Positions 1 to 14,613 of a stretch of DNA of 64,000 nucleotides are shown one piece after another. This DNA comes from Octopus vulgaris (taxonomy: Eukaryota): assembly GCA_951406725.2 (NCBI GenBank), contig OX597816.1:105958001-106022000 (forward strand). Direction: 5' to 3'. Every line of letters starts with the position of its first letter. Position 1 is the stretch's first letter. The position numbers and the translations under genes were made by a program. The notes beneath the pieces were generated by a model. That model was not told the DNA's origin. It worked only from the letters and a program-made list of their open reading frames with translations, and ran no database searches.

Positions 1-3000
1 AATTCTATGCTGCTCTAACATTTTCCATGCAACTTATGATCGTTAACAGATGGGAATGGGTGTATTTCTTTACAGCTGAATACAAACAAGGGAGGAAAAA
101 TAACAAAAGTAGAGATTTGAGGCTTGAATCATTGATCAGTAAGCCTTGGGTAATTACAGGTTTCAGTAGAGTACAGCAGTAAACATAGTTTTTTATTTCC
201 TAGTTACTGGTGACCCAGAACTGTTTAACTGTTGTTTCCATGGTGCAGTTTAACAGGAAACAGAAATCACTACATAAAAAGCAGTACATTTTTATTGTGA
301 GCAGTTTATTTTTAGTTCTTTTGTTCATTAAAGCTAGACACAAAAGAAAATGAGAGACTTTAATTGCAAGTACAACTCTTTCACTAGTAATCTAATACCT
401 AGGTTAGTGATTCATACAATTATTTTATATGTATAAAAAAAAATCACTTCCATCTATAATATTAGCAACAAACTAACATCTAATCAGTAAAAGCTATCAA
501 TAACCAGTTGTTTGTTTAATTTGGTCATGAAGTCTGATGTCTTATTAATCAAGCTACACTGACTTTCCTTCTACTCTTATGCTTTCATGATCATCCTCAT
601 CATCAACTCTATCATACTTATCATTTTTACATCTATTTTTAAAACTTTGGTGGATTACAGGGGTCCTTGTAACGACCTCTCTTGTCAGCTTGCTTGCTAA
701 TTATTTCCTATCAATTACCTCAGTGATACGTTATGCACTCGCGTTCACATAACAAAATACATTTGTAAATCAAAAACAAAATTTGAATACCTTTTCATAG
801 GTAATGACAATGTATAAGTAAATCAAACTGCTATTCAATATCTGCACTATATGCATATATTTCACATCATCATCTTTTTCATCAGTTCAATATCCATTTC
901 CTTTACTGGTATGGATTATGTGGGTCAATACAACAGACTATTTTCACAAATTATTTTTTTTCCAAAGAACAAGCTTTTTTAAGGTTCAATTTAAGTTCCT
1001 TATTTCCATTCCTTCACCACCACCCGCACACTTATTTTAAGTTAATTCACCTGTAATATAATATTTGTATTCTCACACACAAACTGAATCTACAACCTAC
1101 TACAACTCTATTCAGAGCTTACTTTATCATGGTGCGCTCTTCAATCATTCAAAACTTAATCCATTAGATTAACCATTTTAACAGCAACCCATCAAAGATC
1201 ACTCATTCAAATTTAAATTAAAATCTTGATCAAGCTCCCATTATTGCATGAATGATGATATAAGACATTAGAATTCACTTTGATATGAGACATTAGGATT
1301 CATGCTGATTATAATTCAAAACACATCACACCTTTTGTCCTATTTACATAAAAGATATTAGCTAACTTTCTATTTCCAGTTGTTGCTTAGAACAACAAAC
1401 TATACTCAAAAACAGTCTATCCATGACCATCTAGTCCTTTCTTCAAATAGAATGAATGATGCTATATTCTTCTCTCTGCTTCTTAATATAGCTTCTAGAT
1501 ATAGTTTTTTTCAACCTCTTTTCTTTCCCATTTTCCAAGCATGTAATTTTCTCATACGATTTTTTTCATTTTATTTAACCCCATATATTACTTTCTATCT
1601 CTATATTTCTCTTCCAGTCACAGACATAACTAATGGCTTGCAACAGCAACTATTTTCTATTTTAATTAGTTTCTACTTCTCCATTCCTCTAAGAATCTTC
1701 AATCTATATGAAAACAAAACCTTATGGTTGTAGTTTTTAACATATATAAAACCTCGTTGCTTTATTTCTTTCTTTTATACTGTAATTTACTAATAATCTA
1801 ATAAGGATGTATATTTCACAGCAAGTATTAACTTTATGTTCTTAAGTTATTTGTTTTGTCTAAAAAACAATGTAAGTTTATAAATGGTAGGTAACCAGCT
1901 TTAGTTACAAGTTGTAAAATAATAAAATTCTATAATTCTAATGTTATTACTGTTCCTGTATTATGACCATAGACAACACCCATGTATACAATGGGATTGT
2001 TTGTGGTGGCCACCACTATAGACATTAAAATTCTTCACTGTAAATAAAATAAAATAAATATGATGTTATTGGATGAATAATGAGATAGACTGAATGAATT
2101 GAGAAAGTAGCTTAGTATCAAAGTCATGGATCAAAGCATACTAGTGAAAAGACTACATTGTTAGATGGTAGTAGAGTAGATGCAGAACATAGAATACATA
2201 TAATGAGATAATTTGATCAGACCTGAGAAATTTACACCACACAGATGAGATAACAAATATATTATTTGGCAAGTGAAAATAATCTGATTTAATCCAATCT
2301 TCAAGGAGAAAATACATGATGATAGTTGAGAAAACACAAAAAAACACAAATTACCCATGAAAACAAACAAAATCATATGCAAATATAAAGAGGTATAGTT
2401 TACATTCATTTAAAACTGCATGAAAAAATGAATTTAACTTTATTTTAGAGATGTTTAACACCTTTCGCTATTTATTGCTGGCTACAACATCTCAGATGAT
2501 ACCACAAAAGAAAAAAAGCTAAATAAGCAAAAATTTCAAAATATACTGACACAAGGCACATCTTTTGCATTCAAGGGAGTATAATTGATTGAATCAAGCC
2601 AAGTGTATTACAACAGTGAAAGAACAGAGCAAGAAAGAGTGTATATCATGAACAGTAATGCATTTCCAGTTTATTTGAACTCCAGAAATTACATTTTAAA
2701 ACCGAAACCTAAAGTGGCCTTAGGAAGAAATAGTATATGCTAAACATTCAGTAAATTAAGAGAACAAAGGAAAAAATATATTATTTAATGTAGCATTACA
2801 TATCAACAGCAGTCACTGAAGAGCACAAGCTGAGACTACACTATACTACATAATACTCAACAGAAAATGAACAGATATACATCAATAAGATTGTAAGATC
2901 TCACAGCTTATTTTTGCCTTTATTTTCATTTTCTACCTATCACTAGCACAAGAGATAATTTGATTTCTTGTAGTTAATCACAGTTTGATTGATATCAAAT

Positions 3001-3627
3001 AAATTTGGTTTTCAAATCTAATTTAGGGTTTTTAAACTCAAGGTATTCTTTGCTTCCATGAGGATATGAAGTTTCTGTATGCATCTCCAACATCTCTCTC
3101 TATGAGTGTATACTATTTATCAATGACAGTGATCCTAATGATACTAATAATTCTTTCTGAAATATAAAAATTCTTTCATTATACCAAAGTGGATTATATG
3201 TGACAGTGAGGTGTACTCACATATATAATGAAAGAATGTGAATGTGTGTGTGTACAAGTGTGTGTGCACATGCATGTGTTATAATTTGTAACGTGTGGAA
3301 GACTGTGGAAGAATTATGATCACTATTTCCAGTACATATGTGCCATTATATTCATTCTTGTTTTATTTTGAAATACTCTAAGGTATTTCTTAACTTTTCC
3401 ATGCAAGCCTGTGCTATAAATATATATATTTGTTTTACAGCCAAATGCCCTTCCTGTCACTACTATTACATGTTTTTCAAATAAGTGCTCTCTTATTTCA
3501 TTCACATGTCTTTGAAAGTGCTACATGAGAAGCTGATTTGATGACAGAAATGACAACACTGCTTGCAGCAAGCAACTTTCATAGCACCTAAACATAGACA
3601 CGGATGCATACATAAACACATACACAC

Positions 3628-3903
3628 AGTACTAATAAAATACAAAAGAACAGGTATGCTATTCAATGCTTTATAGAACATACATGCATTTCAGCATTTA
3701 CCATCATGATTATGTAATTGCTGTTAAACATTATATAATCATGTAATTTACCTCTTCAGTGTTCAGCAAGAAATATTTCTTGAAGAGTTGAATTACAAGA
3801 TTACAAGATTATATGTTTCAACTGCAATTATGCAATCATGAAATGCATATATGTTCTATAAAATATTGAATACCATAGCTGTTTTCTGTATATTATTAAT
3901 ACT
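3628..3903. repeat. Imperfect long inverted repeat (MITE-like or fold-back)
   Basis: 3628-3758 (AGTACTAATAAAATACA...CCTCTTCA) is the approximate reverse complement of 3781-3903 (TGAAGAG...TATTATTAATACT), with a 22-nt spacer. Confidence 0.8.
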
Positions 3904-4477
3904 ATTACATGGCTCATATTGCACATGCACTCGCCTATCCCATGGTTTGATGCCCCACATTGTGCTGTACTGTCTATAGGAGTGGTGTGTGGGAATCAAA
4001 CTTAGGCTGTATGTTGCGCTTCACAACATGTATATTCTCTACACTACGTATACACTAATACTTCACATCAACCACACCTCCACCCTTGTTCATCATTCGT
4101 CATAGTCACCTCTATCCCCATCTATAACCATCTGTTACTTTCCCCTCATGTTCTTATGAAAGTGTCCATTCTCTCCTCCCCTTCCATGACCCACAGCCCA
4201 TATCTGTTCTTATGCTCACCTCCTCGTACCTTGAATGTTTGCTCTGGCACTCCCTCCATCATTACCTTCTTTTATCTCTTTTCTCAACTCTTCCCACCCA
4301 TATATAATATGGGGTGGCCATGTATCTCTTCCACAGCAAGACACTTGCACTTGTCTCTTAATCATGCTTTGTCCTTTCAACACCTGGCATAAAGCCACCA
4401 CCCCATCTCAAATGCACCCCCACCAACTTAGTAGCAACAGCTTTTTCCTTTTCCTTTAGCCCTAGTCTTTCTCTGTC

Positions 4478-4692
4478 TTGCAAGTTACTCAGCAATGCCA
4501 CTCATGGCAGTAGCATAAAAAATGTACCTAGAATGCGCTGTAACGTGGTCAGGAAGGACATCCAATAGTAGAAACCATGCCAAAGCCGACACAGGAACTC
4601 AGTGGAACCCTGCAACTTGCCAGATCATGTCAAACCATCAAACTCATGCCAGCATAGAAAACAGATGTTAAATGATGATGATGATGATGATG
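4478..4692 (+). mobile_element. RTE-3'UTR-derived repeat (family D) with (TGA)n tail
   Basis: GCAAGTTACT...AGGAAGGACATCCA...CATGCCAGCATAGAAAACAGATGTTAAA(TGA)n. Homologous copies lie at ~14750-14965, 30525-30625 (-), 31190-31277, 48055-48230 (-), 61705-61850 and 62380-62597. A CT-rich region precedes it from ~3900. Confidence 0.75.
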
Positions 4693-5599
4693 CTGTAGAT
4701 TCCAAATGACATTCATGAATCTTCTGCAATGAAACCGCTTCAGTTTCACCACACAAGCTTAGATCAAGTCACATCTCAACATCTTATGCCTGAAATTTGG
4801 TAGACAGAAACTGTAAGAATGCTTGTGTGCATGTGTGTGTGTGTGTGCATATGTGTGTGTTTGTGTATATGTATGTGCATGTGTGTGCACGTGAATGCAT
4901 GCATGTGTGCACGCTTTCACATTGACATGGCTTGGATAGTGATAATATTTATGCCCACATGAGCAACATTTCCTGCAACTCCACAGTCAGATATGCTAAG
5001 ACCAAAAGAAGAAAGTACCTTACTTGAAAACAAGTAAGTGTTGGCACCATGAAGCGAATCTGGCTATAGAATACTACCTAATGCGTCTCATTCTACCTAG
5101 GCCAGTATAGGAAAAGCGCACATGGAAATGCTGCTGCTATTGATGATGATGATGAGGAGGAGGATAATGACAATGATTATGATGATGATTCATTAACTAC
5201 ATTCACAGGTAAAACTACTTAGCATAACCGCCCTTACAGTGTTAAAAATTCCTCTATAAACAAAACTACGAGCAAAACATTTTCGTATTCACCAATCACT
5301 AGTTTATACATGCTTGAGCATTCATAAGTGCACCACAGGAGCCTTCATAGGAATTTTTCATGAAAATTATTTTTTATAGATTTTATACTTTATTCATAGA
5401 ATTTTTCTATAGAAATATTTATACTTTCTGAACATTGAAATTTGCCCACATGTGGAACCTCTAATTCATGCCAAGTTGTTTTCAGTGGTAGATGAGCAGA
5501 ACAACCTTGTGTATATACACAAGCTTCAAATATCATATATTTTGCCTGAGGAACAGAAACAAGAAATTTCAAGTAAGCAACACACAGATTCAGCTTCTA

Positions 5600-5750
5600 A
5601 TAAATATATTACATACATGCATACATACATACAACATACACACATACATGCATACATACACACATACATACATAAGTACATACATGCATGCAAACATACA
5701 TACATACACACAAACACAAGCATACACAACACACACACACACACACATAC
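5600..5750. repeat. Compound (TACA)n/(CA)n microsatellite
   Basis: Directly visible. Confidence 0.95.
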
Positions 5751-6183
5751 TTAAATACATTTACACTCAAACTTAAATACAAGAAAATAAAGTAATTTAA
5801 GGTTCTATATAAATCAACAGCCTGTTCAATTTACATTCGATTAAAGCTTTGCCTATTTTTGTCAATAGCCAAAGCAGACACCTCTTGTCATCAATATTAT
5901 ATCTATTGCCTCCATTTGCTCCACCCACTGTTACGAACAAAGATCAATTTTCTCTTCTTACTATACCAAGTATCAACCATTACAGTCACAAGCTAAAATT
6001 CTATCTTCTTGGTGCTGCAATCCTGACACTCATCCTCTTATTCACCAGCAACTGCTATTTTCATACTAATAGATGCTGAGGGGAGGAGGAGGAGGAGGAG
6101 GTGAGTGTGAGTGATGTCTTTCTGTTTACACTGCAATGATGCTTTCGGTTACATTTTAAAAGAAAGATAAAGTTGTACATATA

Positions 6184-6630
6184 GGCGCAGGAATGGCTGT
6201 GTGGTAAGTAGCTTGCTTACCAACCACATGGTTCCGGGTTCAGTCCCACTGCATGGCACCTTTGGCAAGTGTCTTCTACTATAGCCTCAGGCCGACCAAA
6301 GCCTTCTGAGTGGATTTGGTAGACGGAAACTGAAGGAAGTCCGTCGTATGTGTATATACATATACGTACATACGTACATACATATGTATGTATGTATGTA
6401 CGTATGCATGCATGCATGCATATGTTTGTGTGTCTGTGTTTGTCCCTCCCACCATTGCTTGACAACTGATGTTGGTGTGTTTATGTCCCTGTAACTTAGC
6501 AGTTCGGCAAAAAGAGACCAATAGAATAGGTACTAGACTTACTAAGAATAAGCCTTGGGGTCAATATGTTCAACTAAAGGTAGTGCTCCAGCATGACTGC
6601 AGTCAAATGACTGAAACAAATAAAAGAATA
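6184..6630 (+). mobile_element. tRNA-derived SINE family A, near full length
   Basis: GGCGCAGG head, A-box-like TGGCTGTGTGG, B-box-like GGTTCAGTCCC, CORE-like GGCAAGTGTCTT, internal (TG/TA) microsatellite, and tail CCAGCATGACTGCAGTCAAATGACTGAAAC...AAAAGAATA. Many homologues occur in the window. Confidence 0.9.
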
Positions 6631-7457
6631 TGAATTAAGATATAAGTATTGTTTACATCCTTAAAAAGGATGTTTGTAAGGATGTCTGTAAAGCATAGCT
6701 AAATTGGTTATGAAGTTCTTTTATAGAATTTCTAGATCTCTGGTTCAATCCTGATGTATGGTACCTTGATCAACTATCTTCTAATGCAGCTTTGAGTAGA
6801 GATAAGCCCTGTAAGTGAAACTGGGTTGACAAAAATTGTGTTGAACCTATTAGACAAACTGTACTTGTAATTAAAAGGCTCCAGCCTTGTCACTTACTGC
6901 ATCATGCAGACTCTACCTGTGAACTGCATTATGAGTATAAATCTATGAGAAATACTTAACCTTTTATACTATGTTTCTACGAATAGGTAGTTCTATTGAT
7001 TGAAAAGCCAAAACAGTCATTGTTGAGTGAGTTTGTTTCAACTTAATTCAATAAACAATCATGACTGAAGGTTGTTTTTAATTTTTGTAGCTATTTCTCT
7101 TATTTAAATTAAGACCTTGGGAAAACCTTCAGGTCAAGTTGAGTCAACAAGAAAACCTGTAGGTGGTTACTCAATCTACAAGATATAGGAGCCAACAAAT
7201 TTTCATTAAATAACACCCTACCATTTTAACACTTCACTACCTGAAAAACTGAAAAAGAATGAGATGATCATAGCTGAAATGACTTTGATAGTAAGTTCTC
7301 AGCATCATAACAGCTGACCTAGAGCTAACATATAGCAATATTGAGGTCAGAACTCATTTTAACATTCCCTAATGTCATAGGACCAACTGTCTGACGAGGG
7401 ATGTCTGAGATCATAAAAGGTCAAGAAATAGACCTTTTAGCTTTTGTTTATAGAGCA

Positions 7458-7458
<1 letters not shown>

Positions 7459-7494
<36 letters not shown>

Positions 7495-7645
7495 CATACA
7501 TACATACATCCATGCATGCATGCATGCATACATACATACATACATACATACATACATACATACATACATACATACATACATACATACACACACATACACA
7601 AACCTATAAACATATGTATATGCACACACGTGCACACACACACAA
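7459..7645. repeat. (TA)n/(TACA)n microsatellite
   Basis: Directly visible. Confidence 0.95.
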
Positions 7646-8369
7646 AGACAAAAGAATGGAGAATTACACATTCTTTAATCAGCTTTGCACATTTTAGATC
7701 AGTTGGCAAGTTCCAAAACTCTGTGATGCAGTAATCATGCAAATTAATCAATCCCATATTTGACTAAGATTCCACAGAGATAGAGGAATTTAACATCATC
7801 CTGTCTTTATCAAAGCTATGCCACACTGGAACAGAGAACATTTTAAGGAGGTAGTTCGTAGTAAAACTAACAATATTTCACCAGTATAAGGAGGTAGAGA
7901 GATCTTTAGCAGACCTACTTAGGAACTGTATGTATCAGAACATGCTAGAATTGTAATAAGATCCTTAGTTTTTTCAATCCCACTCATCAACTTGAAGAAT
8001 GTTTATGGCAAAATTCATACCCTATTTAAACTATTACTGACCAATTCAAATACACAGAGGAGGTATGTATGTAGAACCAAGCTATTCAGTAGAAAATTGT
8101 TTAGGTCATGATGAAGATATCATTTGATCAGCATCAATTCTAAATTCAAACTATGAGTATGAGAATTTTAAAGAAAAATAACTATTAGTTATTATTCACT
8201 AAAGAAGATATTCTACTTCAAAAAAAATTGTTTTCCTTAAAAGAATAAATATTTAAAAAATAAAATAGTTGTAATATGAACTTGCCAATCTATCTGAAGT
8301 GTGCATAAGCTGATTAAAGAATGCATAATTCTCCATTCTTTTCGTGTTTTACTTCTATACTCTGTCACC

Positions 8370-8540
8370 TTATACTAAATTTGGTGTTTGAACTTTGGAT
8401 TTACAAACTGGACAGGCAGTGGAAATTTTTATGACCGAATGGATTACAATATTACAATCGTTCCATTTGCCAAAAGGTTTGCATGGTACCAGCAGAGAGA
8501 CATTCATATCCATAGAACATGATTAACACTTTATTTTACT
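8370..8540 (-). pseudogene. Decayed RING-HC zinc-finger coding fragment
   Basis: Manual translation gives SKIKC*SCSMDMNVSLLVPCKPFGKWNDCNIVIHSVIKISTACPVCKSKVQTPNLV*. Ligand spacing fits C-x2-C-x11-C-x-H-x3-C-x2-C-xn-CPVC. The H->P (CCT) and C->W (TGG) changes are each one substitution away, and there is one in-frame stop. Confidence 0.55.
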
Positions 8541-8576
8541 GAACCCTCATCTGTCATTCATGACAAGAGAATCCAT

Positions 8577-8612
<36 letters not shown>

Positions 8613-11383
8613 CACCTCCAAAATACAACAATTTTCAAGTCACAAATAGAAACTTTTAAAAATTACTTGGGAGATTCCTTTAAAATCTATAGCTGTTGTA
8701 AACCATATATGAGCCATCATCTGTTGAAAGTAACATCACTCACACTGGGCTGGGTTAAGCAGATTAATTTTAGCAGGAGCCATACATTCCAAAGAGAAAC
8801 CGTTTAATGTGTTAGATTAAACTAGCAAATAGAACTAACTGCATAGAATATATATAAAGTGTATTATGAAATGTAAATGGATTATGTATTTAGACATGAG
8901 TCCAGGCCCAAAACTGTCCTATTTTGTAGATGCAAACATGCAACCATTCTGAAATGTGAAAAAACACAAAATACAAAGCACTTCCAGTCCCAAGTATTTC
9001 AGACAAAGGATTATTAACTGAAGTAATGATTTGTCATGCTTTATTCAGATCCAAAATGCTACTATGGATCATTAATATTGCATACAAATCAAATATGAAC
9101 AGGCTAAGCAGAACTGATCAGATACTACTTCATTTTGTTATGCTATTTACTACCTAAAGAGGTATAATAGCACAACTATCAACCTATAAAAGGTTTTCTT
9201 CATTACACATACACACACACTTGCAAACACACATTTCACTATAAGGACACTCACTCTGGTCTTGATGGTCACAGCTATTACAATAATAACACTCTTATCT
9301 ACAAAACATTAGTAATCTTGTAAATAAGAACATTATTACCTTCACTTTAGAAATAAAGAAGTGCAGTCAGAATCATTAGAGTGTTGGACAAAATGCTTTA
9401 GGTCTTTTTCTGGCTCTTTGCAGTTCAAGTACTATCAAGATCAATTTTGCCTTTCATTATCCTGGGGTCAATAAAATAAAGTACCAATCAAGGTGTTAGA
9501 GTGGAACCCTCTCTCTCCCACCTCTACTATTATATCTTTGAGGTTCTGCTGGCTCTCAGGTGCAAGGGTCAAAAAAGTATCTGTCTGCTCATGACTAGAC
9601 AGGAATCCAAAATAGGAGTGAAAGTATGGTATATGCTACTATCAAGTAATAGTCAACTATCAAGTAATAGTTCACTAAAAAGCCTTATTAAAGCACTGCC
9701 TTCAAGGATTTAGCTGATCATGTCAACCCAGTACTTATTTTATTTTGATGATTATTTTGTTATTTCCTATTTCTCAAAACATTTAATTATCTAACATAAA
9801 TGGACATTACAAGAACCCAATCACACAAATACACAGTAAATGGTAGGCTGCAAGTTTTACATCTTTCCATCTAACAAATTTCACTCACAAAGCATTAATC
9901 AATATGAAACTATAGCAGATGTAACTTACAATAAGAGCTGTCCAATGAGATCAAGAGGCTAAGAGTTATTTGAGTGTCCAAGAAATGCCCTGAGTCATTC
10001 ATTCTGACTTTTTATATTCCAGAACTTTGCTTTTCAGTCAAATACTGGGGTCAGTAATATTGACTAACCCCTCCCACTAAAAGTTTCTGGACTTGTACCT
10101 ATGCTAGAAACAATTATTTCATTTTACATTTCAGAAAAAAAGATGAGAAAAAATGTTCTAACTGCCATTGTTTCATTTGATTTATATTGTATTCTTAATA
10201 AACTTTAAAAAAGCACTAGAATCTTTCACTGAAAAATGGTAAACCCGTATGTGACAATATTCACAATGAAATACACTTATTATGTTTCAATTCGTTTTGA
10301 AAAAAATCTAAGAAACTGGGTGGGGGGGGGGGTTTAAAGAAAAAGAAAACCTTTTTGTAATTCTGCTGATATTTGAAATACAACTAAATATAAGATTCTT
10401 CCATAAAATAATGATGGAAAGTTTTAAGTGAAATATGAAAACTGTAAAATAGATGTTTGTTGTTTAATCTCAGGTCAGCCACAATAAAATAGATCAAAAG
10501 CAATTTTTCCATGACTGTTCCATCAGTTTATATGCCTGAGATTATATTGTTCAATGTGCCTTTTCTTCTCTAAGACAAGTGTGATTTCAGGAAGATTTGA
10601 CTGCTATTTCTAGTAAGTTGAATAGCCATGTATAGGTTTCACTGTTAAATGAGACTGCTTCTAATTCCAGGATACAAAACCTTTGACAGGAGTCAAAGGC
10701 AATCTCAGATGACTTAATAATGAAAATGTTTTGAATAAAATATTATTACAGAATAACCCAGAGAAGTGGTGACTCATCAGAATTAATATATTTGCAGTTC
10801 TGAAATTAAACATCAAATAGTTATCTAACATTATTGTAACATTTATGAACAGCACCATCACCAAATTACAAGAGAAAAAAAAGAGAACAAAATTAAAAAA
10901 CGTCAGTTTTATAATTAATGAAAATCTGAAGCCATACTTAATCCATACACTTAGAGAGGCAAACAAAGGCAGTCAGCTGACTTGTGTAGATAGTAATGTA
11001 TATACACAAACACACACACAAATAAACATACATGAAATAAACAGCAGTTTTTATTTCTTATCTGTTTGACAAAAATCCAACCCTCACTGCAGATATAAAG
11101 AAAGCAGGTGCTATCTGTGAAATACTGTGTAGTAGTTGTTTGTCTATACAGGAACAACTTCTGTGATCAGATTAGTATTTCCTCAGTTACAATTCAAAAT
11201 ATGCGAAAGTTTAATAAATATGAAATGACTCAATACCTGTGAACAATTGGCCATTGTCAAACAAAATATGAACAGAATGGATTTCAACTAACAGCTCCTC
11301 AAAAAAGGCAGCACATACTAAAAGAAGAAAACAATTAGTTAATGGTCTGAGAAATTTTAAGTCAACAGATGACTAGTTATATT

Positions 11384-11597
11384 TTTTTCTACTCTAGGCA
11401 CAAGGCCTGAAATTTTTAGGGACGGGGTCAGTTGATTAGATCGACCCCAGTATGCAACTGGTACTTAATTTATTGACCCTGGCAGGATGAAAGGCAAAGT
11501 TGACCTTGGCGGAATTTGAACTCAGAATGTAAAGACAGTCGAAATACCGCTAAGCATTTTTCCCAGTGTGCTAACATTTTTGCCAGCTCGCCACCTT
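11384..11597 (-). mobile_element. tRNA-derived SINE family B (Meta-domain-like core) with 17-bp TSD
   Basis: The minus strand reads GGTGGCGAGCTGGCA...GAGTTCAAATTCC...CTTTGCCTTTCATCC...AATTAAGTACC. TSD AGATGACTAGTTATATT is at 11367-11383 and 11598-11614. Confidence 0.9.
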
Positions 11598-12379
11598 AGA
11601 TGACTAGTTATATTGCACTGATACTGGCTGAAGAAGAAAAAACAAGAATTGTGTAAGAAGGTAGTGGAACAAACGAATGAAAAGAACAAAGAAATGAAGT
11701 GTAAATTTTCAACACAAGTCTTTGCCTTCATCAATCTTACTTTTGACACAGGAACTACTCAAGAACAATAACAAATGACTTGAGAAAACATCCAACAACA
11801 ATTTATTTCTAAATTATTTATTTAATGATTTCTTTATGATGATGATTTCTTGACAATAACAATAACTGTAGTTAAGATTCAAAATGGATTTTGTATTATC
11901 CACCTATTCACATGAACATACTTTTGAAACTTATTTTACCTATTTTACCATCAGCACCAAAATTCTGAAAAATCATAATTCAACATAACTAATACTACTT
12001 AAAACACTCACCTCTAACAAACCAAAGAATAAAGATCCTTATGCAAATAAAAAAAATTAATCAACTTCATTCAAATAAAGAAAGGACAAAGACAGTCAGA
12101 TAAAAACACAAAAATTAAGTGTTTTGAAATACACATTAATTTCTAGTAGAAATAATAAAGAGAAAACAAGAAATACAAAGGGAATGATTTTAAGCTTTCA
12201 TTTTAATTCATTACCATCTTAAGAATGAAAGTATGAGCCTGAGAAAAAAAGATGTGTTGGTCATGGCTGGTATGCCTTTGATCATCAGTCTGCTTGATCA
12301 GGGTTAACCTAAGCTAACCAACCATAGTAGAAGCTACAGGCTTCAAGGACTTTGTGATTGTTTTTTATCTTTTATCTTT

Positions 12380-12555
12380 TTATTTGATTCAATCATTGGA
12401 TGGCAACCATGCTAGGGTACCACCTTGAAGGGTTTTAGTTGAACAAATCAACCTTGGAACTTCTTTTCTTTTCTTTTTTTTTTTTCTTTTTAGAGTCTGG
12501 TACTTACTGTATTGGTCTCTTGTGCTGAACTGCTAAATTACAAGAATGTCAACAA
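12380..12555 (-). mobile_element. SINE family A 3' portion
   Basis: Homologous to the reverse complement of ~6470-6630. Confidence 0.7.
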
Positions 12556-12558
12556 ACA

Positions 12559-12622
12559 GCGGTGGTGCCCCAGCATGGCCGCGGCCTTCGGGCTAAAACA
12601 TTTTTAAGGATTTAAGGATTTA
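12559..12622 (+). mobile_element. Short young retroposon 3' end with (AAGGATTT)n tail
   Basis: GC-rich GGTGGTGCCCCAGCATGGCCGCGGCCTTCGGGCTAAAAC followed by TTTAAGGATTTAAGGATTT. It resembles the family A tail motif and retains CpGs. Confidence 0.55.
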
Positions 12623-13255
12623 AACCTACAAGCAATGGTAAGACAAACACAAACAAAGACTGGTCATGGCTGGAATGTCTTGATTATAGGTATGGTCATT
12701 CAGAAATGATCTGGGGTTCAATAGCAATAACAAGAATATCTGTTGGTTGAGAAGACCTTTGTCATAAAGATGGTCAGTAAAAAAGCCACATTTGGTCTTA
12801 CACCCCACATAGGCAATGCTCATAGAATGTTTCATGCTCATAGAATGTATCAATAAGAGTATAACTTTATCATCCTAGTCATGACTATCCTATATAGAAC
12901 TGAGATCTTAAACAATGTATGGACAACCTACAACACTTTTGATGGTATGTAGCCCTTTATGATTATTTTGTATGGCACACGTAATATGATTACATAAATA
13001 TAACATTCACCTAAAATTTTGTAACATATTCTTTAGGTTTAACTCTTAAGTTCATTTCTTTGCCTCTCTCATTTAATCAGGATTTTTCTTAATCAAGTCT
13101 CATGGAACTGGGTAATTATCTGAATTATCAAATAGTGAAAATGTCCTAGATATCATGATTGTTAAATCATTGCTCAAGTCATACAACCTGATTTATGATG
13201 AGCAATGCTTTAAAAGGCCTGCTGATAGAAAAAATATTGTCCATGTTTATCTTAA

Positions 13256-13475
13256 ACTTTTTGATACCAATCCATTTATGACTGATCCTGGTTCCATGAT
13301 ATAAACTTTCTGTTTTAAGGTGATCTAAAATTAAAACTTTCTATCAAACTTCCATGCTAATTTATGTTACAAATACCAGCTTAAGAAAGACAGAATTATT
13401 TTTTTAACTTCATTAATTTCAAAATTAACTGAAACAAAGGCAATGTATTTCAACTGAAATATGGTAACAAAAGAG
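13256..13475. mobile_element. piggyBac-like MITE
   Basis: Flanked by TTAA at 13252-13255 and 13476-13479, with imperfect TIRs ACTTTTTGATACCA / TGGTAACAAAAGAG. A partial homologue lies at ~36947-37062 and a reverse-orientation homologue at ~10240-10440. Confidence 0.6.
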
Positions 13476-14344
13476 TTAAATGATGAAGTTCTCATTTTAA
13501 ACATGGTAGGGAAAGGGCCATTTGGATACTCTGTGACAGAGGCACTTACAAAGACAGGTGAATTATGTATATATTGTAAACTGAACTGTACAGAAAGAAT
13601 ATATCATATACGGTTATACAGTTGCATTGATACAATTTCAGAAAGAAAAAAAAGCAAAGGTAAAGAAGATAAAAAAAAGAGAGCTAATGACCTGTCAACA
13701 CAGAATGAAGTAATTAACCTAAATTACCACTGTTGGTAACAAAAAAATAATGTCTATGTTCAAGTAGGAAAGCATTAAATGTTTAAATGTCAAAATGAAT
13801 TAAAAATATGAATTTAATGGAAATTTGTAAGAAAAACGAATTTTTTATTAAAAGAAAATACTGAACAGAAAACAATGTAATGGATAAATGATTGAAAATT
13901 TAAATGCAAGATTATCTTATTAGAAAAATAGGTGAAATGTTAATAGATAATTATGTCTTACAAATAAAATTATTTGTGTTTTTCAAAATGTTTTTCAAAA
14001 ACAAAATAATTTTATGACAAATCAAGAAAATAGTTCAAAAATAATTTATTTTCAAATAATTCTTTAGAGATCAGAAAATATCTTGATAAGAAAGCTATAT
14101 CAAATTACAGGAAATAACCTCATGGGGAACAACAGATGGTATTGTGAAGAAGAAAAAAAGAATGGATATAAACCAAAACTAAAATTTAAGTACAAAATGA
14201 TAACAAAATATGGAAGAACTCTGGTGATATTATTTCAATATTCTTTTAATTATTCGTCAAAACAATAACTAGACTTACCCTGAGTAATCAATAGCAATAT
14301 GTGTCAAGGGTGCAAACAGGTAGAAATAAATATTATTTCTGCAT

Positions 14345-14346
<2 letters not shown>

Positions 14347-14398
<52 letters not shown>

Positions 14399-14561
14399 GT
14401 TGTGTACACACAAAAAGATATATATACATATATATAAACTAAATATAAACAATCTCTCATGTTTTGTTTTCTGTGTAAGTGCGCATACACATATTTCTGA
14501 ATATATCTGTGTATGTAACTGTGTGCGTATATACACACAAACATATATACACATATACATA

Positions 14562-14613
<52 letters not shown>

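Noticed and set aside
1380-1733. 117-aa hydrophobic ORF
   Set aside because: T-rich low-complexity composition, non-ATG start, and no recognisable motif.
2935-3160. Strong minus-strand splice acceptor (TTTTTATATTTCAG) near 3157
   Set aside because: All three downstream frames hit stops quickly, so no coding exon can be supported.
6184-6260. tRNA-like A/B boxes
   Set aside because: They are SINE heads, and no complete cloverleaf is evident.
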